Shown here one piece after another: positions 40,906 through 50,513 of a DNA stretch of 64,000 nt; position 1 is the first letter of the stretch, and each line of letters begins with the position of its first letter. Below the pieces are notes generated by a model, which saw only the letters and a program-made list of their open reading frames with translations, ran no database searches and was not told the DNA's origin. Both the position numbers and the translations under genes were made by a program. The stretch covers positions 2,016,001-2,080,000 of the forward strand of contig OZ252100.1 of NCBI GenBank assembly GCA_965248435.1, in the 5' to 3' direction. Source of the stretch: Candidatus Latescibacterota bacterium (GTDB lineage: Bacteria; Latescibacterota; UBA2968; GCA-2709665).

Positions 40906-41419
40906 GGGGGTGACTGTTCTCCCAGTCCTCCCGTCTAATCTCCATATTCAAGATCAGTATCTCTTCTTGCAGAAGTCTAGAGTGGGATTGCCTTTTAGTT
41001 TTTGATGTGAATCCGGCTGCCTTGTAACACCGGATTGCGGGATGATTCGTGTCAAAGACTCCAAGCCCGACCTTGACGAAGTCCATTTCCTCAAATCCCA
41101 CCCGCAGCGCTTCAGCCAGGATTCTTCTTCCAATCCCCTTCGACCTCGCATCTGGTTTCACTATGACTCGGAATAGCCGACCCTCTTTCGGGTGTAACTC
41201 TCTAATCTCGAAGTATCCAAGAAGGTTTCCTAGGGAATCAATTGCCGAGAATCCGGTATGATCCGTCTCGCTGTGATGCTGGTTAAATGGCCCTTTCTCC
41301 AGGGGAAAATCAAACCAGGCACCACCCCAATATGCGAACTCCTTCTTGTCACTCACCCAGGTAGCGAGTCTGTCAAAATCGTTTTCTTGATATGGGCGTA
41401 TGGATACAGACTCTTCCAC
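40898..41419 (-). CDS. GNAT acetyltransferase
   Basis: RSKGIG, NHPAIRCYKAAGF. Confidence 0.88.
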   Translation of the reverse strand: MEESVSIRPYQENDFDRLATWVSDKKEFAYWGGAWFDFPLEKGPFNQHHSETDHTGFSAIDSLGNLLGYFEIRELHPKEGRLFRVIVKPDARSKGIGRRILAEALRVGFEEMDFVKVGLGVFDTNHPAIRCYKAAGFTSKTKRQSHSRLLQEEILILNMEIRREDWENSHPHG

Positions 41420-41424
41420 GGTGT

Positions 41425-41562
41425 TCAGATCCTGTTAACCCATCTGTGCCACGGATATTTGTTGGTGCTGTATCGCTCATGAAGTTCAAACCGAGCATAC
41501 AGGTTGCTGGCGTCCTTGTACTGTTCGGTAAGCAGGTAGTTTTGATCTGAAAGCCTCGACAT
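41425..41562 (-). pseudogene. Truncated 5' fragment of a probable SAM methyltransferase
   Basis: Manual translation MSRLSDQNYLLTEQYKDASNLYARFELHERYSTNKYPWHRWVNRI*, recalled as a methyltransferase N-terminus. Confidence 0.55.
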
Positions 41563-41590
41563 GGAATCCCTATGAGCCGGAGGTGCCGTA

Positions 41591-42100
41591 TTAAATGTTG
41601 TCATGCCCCCCAGCTTCTGGGAGTTCTAAGAAACGTTCGAACCAGTGCCTGGTGCTAGGGTGCATCTTGTAGTTCCTTGCCCAATTAGCATATGACTTCC
41701 TTGCGTTCTCTCTAACTCCTTTCAGGGAAAGTGCAAGACCCTGGAAGGCGGCCCAGTCGCAGACTGTCTCTCTTCTGGCTGACTCTGGAATCTCAATGCA
41801 ACTGCCGTCTTTGTTATACCAGTGGGGCAGTTCGTGATCATTCCTCGCAATGTGGTGGGCGTTGGCTTTTTTAAACAGACCCATATTTCGCTCTTTCTCG
41901 GTCGGGTTGCTAGGATGGAAATGTCGGCCAATCCCGAAGTACTCGATGGGGGTAATCTTGCTATAGTCGTGCAAAAAACCTCGTAAGGGCACGCCCAGCA
42001 TTACTGAGTGAACGAAGACCCGAAGCTTGTGCTTGACCAGATATGCTATGGTTGGAAGATGCCTCATGATCAATTCGATATTTCTCAGACTTTCCCACAT
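41591..42100 (-). CDS. HD-like DUF5662-type protein
   Basis: KHK...HDYSK...HHIARNDH...E.VCDW. Confidence 0.65.
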   Translation of the reverse strand: MWESLRNIELIMRHLPTIAYLVKHKLRVFVHSVMLGVPLRGFLHDYSKITPIEYFGIGRHFHPSNPTEKERNMGLFKKANAHHIARNDHELPHWYNKDGSCIEIPESARRETVCDWAAFQGLALSLKGVRENARKSYANWARNYKMHPSTRHWFERFLELPEAGGHDNI

Positions 42101-42107
42101 CGAATCT

Positions 42108-42155
42108 GAACCTGCCGCAGGTTTACGCGTAGGCGCGAATGCACCGGAGCCGTGC
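42108..42155 (-). repeat. attC-like remnant (core only)
   Basis: gaacctgccgcaggtt...ggcgcgaatgcaccggagccg without AAC/GTT ends. Confidence 0.6.
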
Positions 42156-42199
42156 CTGATTCGCCTGCAGCAACAGGATCTCTGGCCGCCCATATGTGG

Positions 42200-42751
42200 T
42201 CATCGTCTTTCCGTCGAATAGAGTATTAGGTCAATGTCCCGTCCGTGGATCCTGTCGGCCTTTTCGAGCAGCTTTTCCCGAGTAAACCCGAGGCGCTCGA
42301 GCAATAGGGCGCTACCGGTGTTACCGACAGCTGAGCAGGCCACGACCCGCTCGCGATCGAGCACATCGAATGCATAGTCGATCAGGCGACGACCGCAAAT
42401 GGCCGCGACCCATCTGCCCTGGTACGCCGCACCGACCCAACATTCGAGTTCGATTGCATGTGGCTGCCCCGCCACTCCGACGAAGGAAACCCAACCGGCG
42501 ATCATCCCCTTGTGTAGCATGCAGAATGCCGGGCCCTTGCCGTCTTTGCCCTGTTCGCGGTCCTCGATGATCGACCGCATCTCGTCCGGCGAGCGGATCG
42601 CGCTAACCCATGGTATCCACTCGTCGAGGTAAGCCCGGTCAGCTTCGACCAGCGCGAAAAGCCCCACCGCGTCCTCTGGCAGGGCTGAGCGTAGGCGGAT
42701 TCGGGGCGTCAACTGTTCGTCCACTCGGACTGGAGGCATCGAAGGGTCCAT
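42200..42751 (-). CDS. RimJ/RimL-type GNAT acetyltransferase
   Basis: YLDEWIPW, YQGR, NTGSALLLERLGFTRE. Confidence 0.85.
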   Translation of the reverse strand: MDPSMPPVRVDEQLTPRIRLRSALPEDAVGLFALVEADRAYLDEWIPWVSAIRSPDEMRSIIEDREQGKDGKGPAFCMLHKGMIAGWVSFVGVAGQPHAIELECWVGAAYQGRWVAAICGRRLIDYAFDVLDRERVVACSAVGNTGSALLLERLGFTREKLLEKADRIHGRDIDLILYSTERR

Positions 42752-42785
42752 CTTGTTACTTTCAATCAGGACTGGCTGTCATTTC

Positions 42786-42920
42786 ATATAACGGTCTCGG
42801 CACCCACGAACCTGCCGAGCGGGCGCGGCGGTTGCCACAAGTTGTGATTTAAAGCAAGCGCCGTGAACGAGGTTTGGCGAAGGCGCGAATGCGCCGGAGC
42901 CGGGGGTGCGCGTGTTACAC
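42786..42920 (-). repeat. attC-like site, long form
   Basis: ataacggtctcggcaccc...gggtgcgcgtgttacac. Confidence 0.85.
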
Positions 42921-43093
42921 GCTGTGTTGTCCTTTGTCATCGAGAAAGGAATAAAGGAGCGACCATAACGCTCTTTGTCTTTTACGATTTTCTGTTCTTT
43001 AAAAAGGAGATAGCTATTGCAGAGAATCCCCGCCAGATAATTTATCTCACGGGGATCTCATATTACATAACATGCTTGAAAGGTTAAATCGAA

Positions 43094-43158
43094 TATTAAC
43101 GGCTCGCGTCCACCGGTAAAATGCGAGCGCAGCGAGTAGTTTAAACGCTTTGTTAGAT
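43094..43158 (-). repeat. attC-like site of a different (foreign) family, partly decayed
   Basis: ttaacggctcgcgtccaccgg...gcgagcgcagcgag...cgctttgttagat. Confidence 0.55.
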
Positions 43159-43212
43159 TTATGTGCTCGACGATACTCCGTGCTTATCATACCCTAACGA
43201 CCGCATACCTTA

Positions 43213-43671
43213 TTAAAAACGGCGCACAGCTAGAAAAACGCCAATAGCCATAAATACCAGCCCAACGAAACGTTGAACAGATATTGGGTGATGAGGAGCA
43301 CCCAATAGACTGTAGTGATCAATGATTGCCATTGAAATGAGCTGGCCTAACAATACCAAAGCGACAGCATTTCCAACACCAAACCTGGGCGCAACCCAAG
43401 TTATGCTGAGAATATAAAATATTACAAATAGCCCACCTAGATAGAAATAGATGGGGATTGAAGTTTGAGGGTTAAACTTAGGCATACCTTCGAAGATGAA
43501 CAAGAACCCAAGGGAAACTACGATGCCCACCGTAAATAGGATTGTTGTAGCTAATGCTGGGCTTTGGAGTTTTTCGCCTAACCCTCCGTTCAACGCGGCC
43601 ATTACTGGAATTCCTAGGCCTGCAATCAACATTAAAACTGCGTAAAAGATTGAATGATGCAGTCCGTTCAT
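43213..43671 (-). CDS. DMT-family (YdcZ/DUF606-like) transporter
   Basis: AALNGGL, LGGLF, PRFG, GQLISMAIIDH; AT-rich. Confidence 0.88.
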   Translation of the reverse strand: MNGLHHSIFYAVLMLIAGLGIPVMAALNGGLGEKLQSPALATTILFTVGIVVSLGFLFIFEGMPKFNPQTSIPIYFYLGGLFVIFYILSITWVAPRFGVGNAVALVLLGQLISMAIIDHYSLLGAPHHPISVQRFVGLVFMAIGVFLAVRRF

Positions 43672-43745
43672 TGAGGTATCCTCATATGGGTAGGGTTTGT
43701 TTTTGCTCCCTTATGCTTTTCCCATCACACAAAAAATAACATTGC

Positions 43746-43830
43746 GTGTAACGTTCTTTGTGTGTGCGAACCTGCGAAGCAGGTTTTCAGTGAGGGGCGG
43801 ATGCCCCGAACGGCACACACAATGTTACCT
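43746..43830 (-). repeat. attC-like site
   Basis: gtaacgttctttgtgtgtgcgaacctgc...gcacacacaatgttacc. Confidence 0.9.
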
Positions 43831-43848
43831 GCCGTGGCAGTTCTCGCG

Positions 43849-44787
43849 CTATCCTGATAGGTCTTTGGTCCAAGCCTCATACAGTTCGTAGTCGGGCCCC
43901 ATAACAGACTCATAGAATGCGTTAGCTCCTGAATTTCCACCGTGAACAGAGGCAACAGTCGCTCCCATTCGCCGCAGTCTTCTGAGGCCCTCCGTCATCA
44001 CTGCTCTGCCTAGTCCCTTCTTCTGATGAGCTGGGACGGTCGCCACAGGCTCGACATATCCGCTACGAGTCACATCATCGAACCAAATCGTACAGAACGC
44101 AGCGATTGAGCCGTCTTGTGCGGCAGCAACAAGATCTAAGTCTCGGCGGTAGAGAGGGGCAGTCTGGATACTACGATACCAGGTGGGGTCGTCTCGGTTG
44201 TCCACGGCTACCTTGATGTCACCTTTATGGAACCCAAGCCCCGACGCATAGCAGCGCTCCAGTAGCTCCAACCCTTCGCCGACAGATCGAATCGTATATC
44301 CCTCAGGGAGATGGATACAGGGCAAATCGTCTTGTAGTTGCCGACGCCATTGGTGGAATCCATTACCCCTGCTATAACCCTTCTCTCCAAGAATATCTTC
44401 GCGCATCACATCTTGATTCGTTGCCCATATTTCCAGCCGCTTTGAGCCGTCTAGATCCACACACGGGAGGCAGCTCTCAGCAACGTCGATCATCTCCTCC
44501 TCTAAATCGGGAGTCCGAAAGTCAGGATGGACACACAAATGTGCTTCTCCTGGACCTCCATCCGCTATCAGAAGGGCGATGATTCTGCTTTCAGCCTCCC
44601 ACAAGAAGACGACTTCCCCGAATGGCACGCCGGTGCAGTTTGGACAGACGTGCCACCTTGTGTAGTCGAGCCGAGCGACGTGCCAGCTACGTTCCAGACG
44701 TTTGTTCAGCAAGAACACTTCGCGAAGAAAGTCGCGCAAGCGCCAGTAGTCATCCTCTGATTCGTAGGCGCGAAATACGTGACTCAT
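43849..44787 (-). CDS. Tandem GNAT acetyltransferase (cassette)
   Basis: EPVATVPAHQKKGLG, ANAFYES. Confidence 0.85.
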   Translation of the reverse strand: MSHVFRAYESEDDYWRLRDFLREVFLLNKRLERSWHVARLDYTRWHVCPNCTGVPFGEVVFLWEAESRIIALLIADGGPGEAHLCVHPDFRTPDLEEEMIDVAESCLPCVDLDGSKRLEIWATNQDVMREDILGEKGYSRGNGFHQWRRQLQDDLPCIHLPEGYTIRSVGEGLELLERCYASGLGFHKGDIKVAVDNRDDPTWYRSIQTAPLYRRDLDLVAAAQDGSIAAFCTIWFDDVTRSGYVEPVATVPAHQKKGLGRAVMTEGLRRLRRMGATVASVHGGNSGANAFYESVMGPDYELYEAWTKDLSG

Positions 44788-44873
44788 TGGATCGCCTCCC
44801 CAGATTTCCATCTGACGTAACGCCAACACTCATTACTCTATTTCTCACAGGCTGATCTTGACACTGCCATGGC

Positions 44874-44959
44874 AGGTAACGTTCTCGCGGGCTGCGAACC
44901 TGCGTCAGCAGGTTGGGCGAAGTGGCGAATGCCACGAGCCGCAGCCCGCCGTGTTATGT
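44874..44959 (-). repeat. attC-like site
   Basis: gtaacgttctcgcgggctgcg...cgcagcccgccgtgttatg. Confidence 0.92.
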
Positions 44960-45028
44960 GCTTTGCCAGCCTGGGGCGGATGGCTCTGGCGGTGCCGTCC
45001 CCGAAACGCCGAGGTATTTTCAACCCAA

Positions 45029-45712
45029 TTAAGAATTAAGTTCACTCAAGGAAGGACCATCTCCTTCAGTTTCGTATAGCCAAGCTTCCAAGTTTCTCTT
45101 GATTGCAGGCCACTCGTCGTCCATCATCGCATACCAGGCAGTATCCCGGTTTTTGCCCTTGATAATCATATGCTGTCTGAAGATCCCCTCAAACTTGAAT
45201 CCCAGTCGAATTGCTGCGGACCGCGATCGCTCATTCACGGCGTCACACTTCCACTCTACTCGTCGATAGGCCAGGCGATCGAACGCCTCAGAAAGCATCA
45301 AGTAGACACATTCAGTATTGACTTTCGTTCTCTGAGCTTCCGGACCGTACCAGATATGTCCGAGTTCGAGCCTTCTCATGTCTGCGACTACGTTCAGGAA
45401 GGCAACCATGCCCACTCGTTTCTGAGATTCCTCCTGGTGAACAGTAAGAAACAGGGGGTCATCCGAGTTCTCGGTGCTTTCCAGCCAAGAGGCCATTGAA
45501 TCTTGGCTTGCAAACGGTCCGTACCCCATATAGGTCCAGAGTAATTCTCCATCCACCGTCCCGTGCGAGCACTCGTAAAGCTCTTGCGCGTCCTGCTTTG
45601 CCTCGACTGGTGCGAGAGTCACGAACTTTCCAGAATAAACTCTTCTCTCTGGAAGATCCTGTGGACTTCCCACGTTAGCAGGCTCTCCAGCGAGCAAGGA
45701 ATTCGAACTCAC
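45029..45712 (-). CDS. RimJ/RimL-type GNAT (cassette)
   Basis: ELGHIW, RRVEWKC, RLGFKFEGIFRQH, NRDTAWY. Confidence 0.9.
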   Translation of the reverse strand: MSSNSLLAGEPANVGSPQDLPERRVYSGKFVTLAPVEAKQDAQELYECSHGTVDGELLWTYMGYGPFASQDSMASWLESTENSDDPLFLTVHQEESQKRVGMVAFLNVVADMRRLELGHIWYGPEAQRTKVNTECVYLMLSEAFDRLAYRRVEWKCDAVNERSRSAAIRLGFKFEGIFRQHMIIKGKNRDTAWYAMMDDEWPAIKRNLEAWLYETEGDGPSLSELNS

Positions 45713-45792
45713 ACAGTATCTCCTGTAGGTAGATTGCGGGTAAACCTACGGCGCTAGGGATAGCGGCGTTCGTTTGGTTAGGCTGGCATTGC

Positions 45793-45878
45793 ATATAACG
45801 GTCCCAGGCCTTGCGAACCTGCCGCAGGCGGGTTGCAGTGAGGGCCGTCAGGCTCGAACCGCAAGGCCTGTGTTAAGC
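45793..45878 (-). repeat. attC-like site
   Basis: ataacggtcccaggccttgcg...cgcaaggcctgtgttaag. Confidence 0.92.
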
Positions 45879-45942
45879 GCTGCCCCGGTCGTGATCTCAT
45901 AGGCAGATGCTGACAGGACAAGAACGCGTCAGTCGGTGCTGC

Positions 45943-46728
45943 CTATTCAGAGCGTATTGTGCCCCAAGCAATCTGAGTACGCACCGGGTACGAGATCTTT
46001 CCATCGGAGGCATACGGTGCCAAGATTTCCTTGAGTTCTTGATCAAACTCAGCTAACCAAGGTCCGAGTCTAGATGGTGCAAAGGTGTTGCGAGAGTGCT
46101 GGCAGAGCACAAAGTCGTCTATCGTCTGCGATACTGGATCCGACAAGATGGATGTTTCGCCAGAGATGTTGATGAATTGCCTGTATTGGTTGATGAAATC
46201 CTGATAAGGAAGATCTCCTCGGAGTTCGTATTTACCGGCTTCTTTCAGTCTTCTAACCCAGCGCTCTACCAGGTCACGCCATTTGCCTTCCCAGGGGGGA
46301 TCAAACGCCCCATCTCCATCCACCACCGCGAGAACGTGCTCTTCGGACACGGCACGGTGGAGGCGAGGAAATAGAGCAGCGTGATCCATCCAATGAATGC
46401 TGGCCGCAGCTACCACAAGATCATAGGGTATCCCCACGAGAGGGAACGATTCCGCGGTATCCTCTACCCAGGTGACATTTGATGTCGTGTCTTCTGCCAG
46501 GGATTTCGCGACGGAAAGCATCGCACTCGAAGGATCAACTGCAGTAGCTCTATTGAAAGAGTGACAGAGGCGGCGTACGATCTTCCCCGTCCCGCATCCT
46601 ATATCCAGAAGGGAATCATAGCGAGGACTGACTTCCAAGAGCTTCGCGTAGACTCCATCGCAGTACGGCGCCCGATACGCGTAGTTCCGAACAACGTCTT
46701 CATCCTCAAAGGCTCTACCTATCTTCAT
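45943..46728 (-). CDS. Class I SAM methyltransferase (cassette)
   Basis: LDIGCGTG, VDPS, HWMD. Confidence 0.9.
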   Translation of the reverse strand: MKIGRAFEDEDVVRNYAYRAPYCDGVYAKLLEVSPRYDSLLDIGCGTGKIVRRLCHSFNRATAVDPSSAMLSVAKSLAEDTTSNVTWVEDTAESFPLVGIPYDLVVAAASIHWMDHAALFPRLHRAVSEEHVLAVVDGDGAFDPPWEGKWRDLVERWVRRLKEAGKYELRGDLPYQDFINQYRQFINISGETSILSDPVSQTIDDFVLCQHSRNTFAPSRLGPWLAEFDQELKEILAPYASDGKISYPVRTQIAWGTIRSE

Positions 46729-46780
46729 GCTGCCCCCGCTGAAATCGAGCGACGGATGTCTTTCCTTCGACCGGGGTTGC

Positions 46781-46864
46781 GCTTAACGTTCTCGGCACCC
46801 ACGAACCTGCGAAGCAGGTTGGAGCGGAGGCCGAATGGCCGGAGCCGAGGGTGCCGTGTTAACC
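46781..46864 (-). repeat. attC-like site
   Basis: ttaacgttctcggcaccc...gggtgccgtgttaac. Confidence 0.92.
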
Positions 46865-46880
46865 GCTGTGCCGGTTTATT

Positions 46881-47342
46881 TCACGACTCAAGTAGTGCAC
46901 GCATATCTGCGATGATCTTTTGGTATTCATCAGGATCTAGATGAACAATCTGTTCATTGATTTCCGTAAACAAGTACGGCGCAGCCTCATATGACTGAAC
47001 AATAATGTGGCAGTGTATGTGAGGGCAGCCGTTGCCGTATACGGCATAGTTTATCTTGGGTGATGAATAGAGCTTGTTCAGTGCCTGGGCAACTGACGCA
47101 ACATCCTGCCAGAACTCTGAGAGTTCTTGAGGAGATAGATCGAAAAGCTCACATACATGCCGCTTGAAAGCAACAATAGTCCAGCCGCGTAAGTATTGAT
47201 TGCGCGGCAGCCTGACGAAGCTTTGCTTGAGTTCGACCACGAGAAAACCATGTGGATTTTCCTCAAGGTGGATGTCGGCGCACATCGGGCAGCCGATGCC
47301 CTTTCTTAGTCGTTCCCACTCTTCCCAAGAAGGCCAAGCCAT
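46881..47342 (-). CDS. HIT-family protein (cassette)
   Basis: CPMC, HIHCH. Confidence 0.9.
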   Translation of the reverse strand: MAWPSWEEWERLRKGIGCPMCADIHLEENPHGFLVVELKQSFVRLPRNQYLRGWTIVAFKRHVCELFDLSPQELSEFWQDVASVAQALNKLYSSPKINYAVYGNGCPHIHCHIIVQSYEAAPYLFTEINEQIVHLDPDEYQKIIADMRALLES

Positions 47343-47396
47343 AGAAAACGCTCCAAATCACTTATGAATATGCCCGAAGCCCCAAACCGGCATTGC

Positions 47397-47534
47397 GGTT
47401 AACGTTCTCGCGGGCTGCGAACCTGCCAAGCTGGCGCGGCGCTTGCAAACGAGGTTTCAAAGCAAGCGCCGTGACAGCGACAGGCAGGTTGCGCGAGGGG
47501 CGAATGCCACGAGCCGCAGCCCGGCGTGTTAGCC
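47397..47534 (-). repeat. attC-like site, long form
   Basis: Family arms plus an extra ggcgcttgc...gcaagcgcc branch. Confidence 0.92.
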
Positions 47535-48425
47535 GCCGGCCGGCTCTTCAGAGGTTTCCCACCCGGGCAGTCGAGATTCAATGTAGTCCACCAGCAATTT
47601 GTACCTGATAGCCAGCTTGGTGTTCTTCGCTTCTCGGTACTCCTGGAGTTTCTCCTGCGCAAACTGAAGTGCCTGCTCGGGGAGCTCGGGATCTCCGCCT
47701 ACGTACGTTCGGAATCCTTCACCTAAATAGTCGAGAATTGTGTTACCATCGATGTCCCTTGCGATGAGACTGAGGCACAACCCAGACATCTCCTGGTTGA
47801 ACGAATCGAATTCGTCTTTGGGATCGAGATTCCTTTCTTGGAGAAGGTAGTTAACCATCTCTGTGCCTATTGTGATTCTCGGGTATTGGGCAACCTTGCT
47901 CTCTAGGTTGTATGCCCTAGCCACCGCAGGTCCGTATAGTTCACCTTCCCGCATTTCCATGCCGATTCCTACATCTAAGCCTCCTCGGAGAGGATGTTTG
48001 CTGGCTAGAGAGATCAGCATAACCGAGGCGCACGCGGAGAGAAGTCCCCATACTGATCGAAACGGCATCCTCCCGGCGCTTTCCGAGAGCGCGACAAAGA
48101 CAACAATCCCATCAGAATAGCGTTGAAACTTTATCTTGCTTCCAGTAAGAGCCTTGTACAAATCTGGATTCTGGGTTTTAAGTCCCTCAGGAATCCTTCT
48201 CTTTTCCATAATTCCGCCAAAGAACTCTTCAAACATCTTGTGAAGGCCATCCACAACGCCAAATGTACGCTTCAGCTGGTCGATAAACGCGCGCATCTCC
48301 TCTTCATTGTCTACGTCGGGCAGAGAATCGAGTCGAGATAGCTCCTCCTGTTGTCCCAGAAGATCGATGAACCCGACCAAATGAAAACAAACTTCGTAGC
48401 GATCATCATTCTCTTCAGTAGACAT
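47529..48425 (-). CDS. Hypothetical cassette protein with class III nucleotidyl-cyclase-like motifs
   Basis: FIDLLG, YSDG, LRGGLDVG, GPAVARAYNLES; stop codon TAA lies inside the att core (ggcTAAc). Confidence 0.6.
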   Translation of the reverse strand: MSTEENDDRYEVCFHLVGFIDLLGQQEELSRLDSLPDVDNEEEMRAFIDQLKRTFGVVDGLHKMFEEFFGGIMEKRRIPEGLKTQNPDLYKALTGSKIKFQRYSDGIVVFVALSESAGRMPFRSVWGLLSACASVMLISLASKHPLRGGLDVGIGMEMREGELYGPAVARAYNLESKVAQYPRITIGTEMVNYLLQERNLDPKDEFDSFNQEMSGLCLSLIARDIDGNTILDYLGEGFRTYVGGDPELPEQALQFAQEKLQEYREAKNTKLAIRYKLLVDYIESRLPGWETSEEPAGG

Positions 48426-48451
48426 GATCAGCCTCGGATTTTCCGGCTGGC

Positions 48452-48535
48452 GGCTAACGTTCTCGGCACCCACGAACCCGCGTAGCGAGTTGGGCGGAGG
48501 CCGGATGGCCGGAGCCGTGGGTGCTCGTGTTATAG
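48452..48535 (-). repeat. attC-like site
   Basis: ctaacgttctcggcacccacg...cgtgggtgctcgtgttata. Confidence 0.92.
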
Positions 48536-48630
48536 GATGCCCGACCCAATTGATTGAATCGCACCAGAGTTTATCCGGAAGATCATCTGGAATCGGACTC
48601 AGCGTGAGAACGAAGGTCACGAATCTGCCA

Positions 48631-49233
48631 TCAATGGGACCCGGGAAAGGGACAGTGATAGGGAATCGTGAGGAAGTCAGCGACGGCCTGGTCGCCCAGA
48701 TTGACAGGATCGCCCTTCTCCAAACGTTGTGTGATATTCGATCCGCAAATATTGAACGCGTCGACAAGCTTTGGGATGTCGCCGTCGAATAGGACGTTAT
48801 CGGGATTCCAGTCCATTCCGGCGAAGTAGGGAAGATTGTCAGCCTGCCGAAGCCCTTTTCTAAGAATGCAACCGAGCTGGTCTATTTCGGGGTCTGCTGT
48901 CTTGTCTTCCTCCAGCGTAGCCTTCAGCACGTCAAGGAACCCCTGCTGCTTTTCCCTCTCACGTTTGAAATACCTGGGCGTCTCGACAACAAAGCCATTT
49001 CGCTGCAACGAGATTATGGACCGGATTTGTGGCAGATTCGTATGTGGGTTTTCTCTGCATAGTCTTGCAAATATGAGGTAGGCGGGATCGAACGGGGTGA
49101 GCTTGACGACATGGTCTGCATGAGGCGTCAGGAAGACGAGAGACCAGTCACCAGAGGCGAGCTGCGTGTATCCAGCATCAAGGAAAGCATATGCCGCCTG
49201 CCGGTAAGTTAGTGACTCAAGATCCAATATCAT
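48631..49233 (-). CDS. Hypothetical kinase-like cassette protein
   Basis: LASGDWS, VVK, DWNPDNV, LVD resemble protein-kinase-like motifs. Confidence 0.55.
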   Translation of the reverse strand: MILDLESLTYRQAAYAFLDAGYTQLASGDWSLVFLTPHADHVVKLTPFDPAYLIFARLCRENPHTNLPQIRSIISLQRNGFVVETPRYFKREREKQQGFLDVLKATLEEDKTADPEIDQLGCILRKGLRQADNLPYFAGMDWNPDNVLFDGDIPKLVDAFNICGSNITQRLEKGDPVNLGDQAVADFLTIPYHCPFPGSH

Positions 49234-49279
49234 AACGTCCGGAATCTCGTGATAAATAGGATTTCAGGGAGGGCATTTC

Positions 49280-49420
49280 CTATAACGTTCTCGCGGGCTG
49301 CGAACCTGCCAAGCTGGCGTGGCGCTTGCAATCAACGTCTATCAAAGCAAGCGCCGTGACAGCGACAGGCAGGTTGGGCGAAGTGGCGAATGCCACGAGC
49401 CGCAGCCCGTCGTGTTATGC
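49280..49420 (-). repeat. attC-like site, long form
   Basis: Family arms plus extra branch. Confidence 0.92.
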
Positions 49421-49444
49421 GCTTGTGCTGCGAATGCGTGTCCG

Positions 49445-50242
49445 TTAGAAGGGAATGCGCAGCCCATCATATGCCATTTTGAGCCCTGGATTCTCCCTGA
49501 GAACGTCGGTGCGCCTGTCCTCGTCGAATCCTGCAATTAGTGCCCCGTCCCTCCAACTGTGAAAAGACATGTGTGTCAGGATACACTCTCTGCTTCCTAT
49601 CTCCTTCCAGACTTCGATCGCTCCCGCGATATCAAGGTTGTGCCAACCTTCTGCATCAAGCTCATCCATTGTAGCCTCCAGAATGAGCAAGTCCACACCG
49701 CTAAGTAACTCTAATGTGTCATCCGGCGGCCGGACGCCATCGCCCAGATAGGCGATTCGTCGCTTACCCTCAATGATGAAACCAACACTATCTTTGAAAT
49801 GAGACGTCTTGACCGGAATATAGCGCAGTAAGCCAATATTCAAGGTCATCCCTGCTTCAATCACACGTAAATCGCAGGTTTTCTTCATATAACTCAGTTC
49901 CTGCTCCAAATGGACCAATCCCGACGCAGGAGTGTATAATGGGAGCTTTTCCCATTTGTGAATAAATGCGGCTTCGTGAAACTCCCCAAGCCCCGCGATG
50001 TGGTCAAAATGCCAGTGAGTGATGAGGATCGCATCCACCTTCTGGATTGACTCCCTTTCAAGCTGTTCGGCTATGTCGGGTCCCGCATCGATAAGTGTCG
50101 TCTGGCTATCTATGATTGCAAGAGCAGATCGCGTTCGTCTAGCAATGGCACCTTGGCGAGTTGCCTCGCAAATGGCGCAGGAGCAATGAAAGGAAGGGAG
50201 CCGCAGGGCAGCAGCAGTTCCAAGGAAGGCTATCTCAGGCAA
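49445..50242 (-). CDS. MBL-fold metallo-hydrolase, PhnP-like (cassette)
   Basis: FLGT, CSCAIC, THWHFDH, LTHMS, AYDG. Confidence 0.88.
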   Translation of the reverse strand: MPEIAFLGTAAALRLPSFHCSCAICEATRQGAIARRTRSALAIIDSQTTLIDAGPDIAEQLERESIQKVDAILITHWHFDHIAGLGEFHEAAFIHKWEKLPLYTPASGLVHLEQELSYMKKTCDLRVIEAGMTLNIGLLRYIPVKTSHFKDSVGFIIEGKRRIAYLGDGVRPPDDTLELLSGVDLLILEATMDELDAEGWHNLDIAGAIEVWKEIGSRECILTHMSFHSWRDGALIAGFDEDRRTDVLRENPGLKMAYDGLRIPF

Positions 50243-50304
50243 GTCAAATTCCTTTAGTCATTCCGCAGTTGAGGCTCGCAGCACTGCGCATTGTATCTTG
50301 AAAA

Positions 50305-50470
50305 TATGATCTATTTGTAGATTATCTTGGTTCGAAGAAGACCTCTGGGGAGGCCGGATTGCGCATGAAGGCATTGACCTTGGACGTTAGATAGGCCCCC
50401 CGCCTTCTTGGCCCATGCCGAGGAGTATCCGAGACCCGAGAGTCTGTATCACAAGGCTGGTAGGCCAGGT
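50305..50470 (+). ncRNA. Predicted IS110 bridge RNA (target-binding and donor-binding loops)
   Basis: Stem ggggaggcc/ggcccccc encloses guides TTGCGCAT and ACGTTA (match target TGCGCAT|AACGT); stem tggcc/ggcca encloses GAGTATC and ACAAG (match donor junction GAGTATCT|TGT). Confidence 0.8.
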
Positions 50471-50513
50471 GCAAGGTCGGGGGACCAGAGGTACAAATAA
50501 GGAGGGAGAGATC

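Noticed and set aside
48426-48767. N-terminal extension of ORF 47529..48767 (likewise 53366..54679, 62426..63067, 41591..42193)
   Set aside because: The extensions run through att hairpins and neighbouring sequence; internal starts fit the cassette boundaries.
50293-50298. GTATCT at both IS110 ends as a target-site duplication
   Set aside because: Cassette-end complementarity, the bridge RNA guides and the 17-bp promoter spacing all place the left boundary at 50292, so the left GTATCT belongs to the IS.
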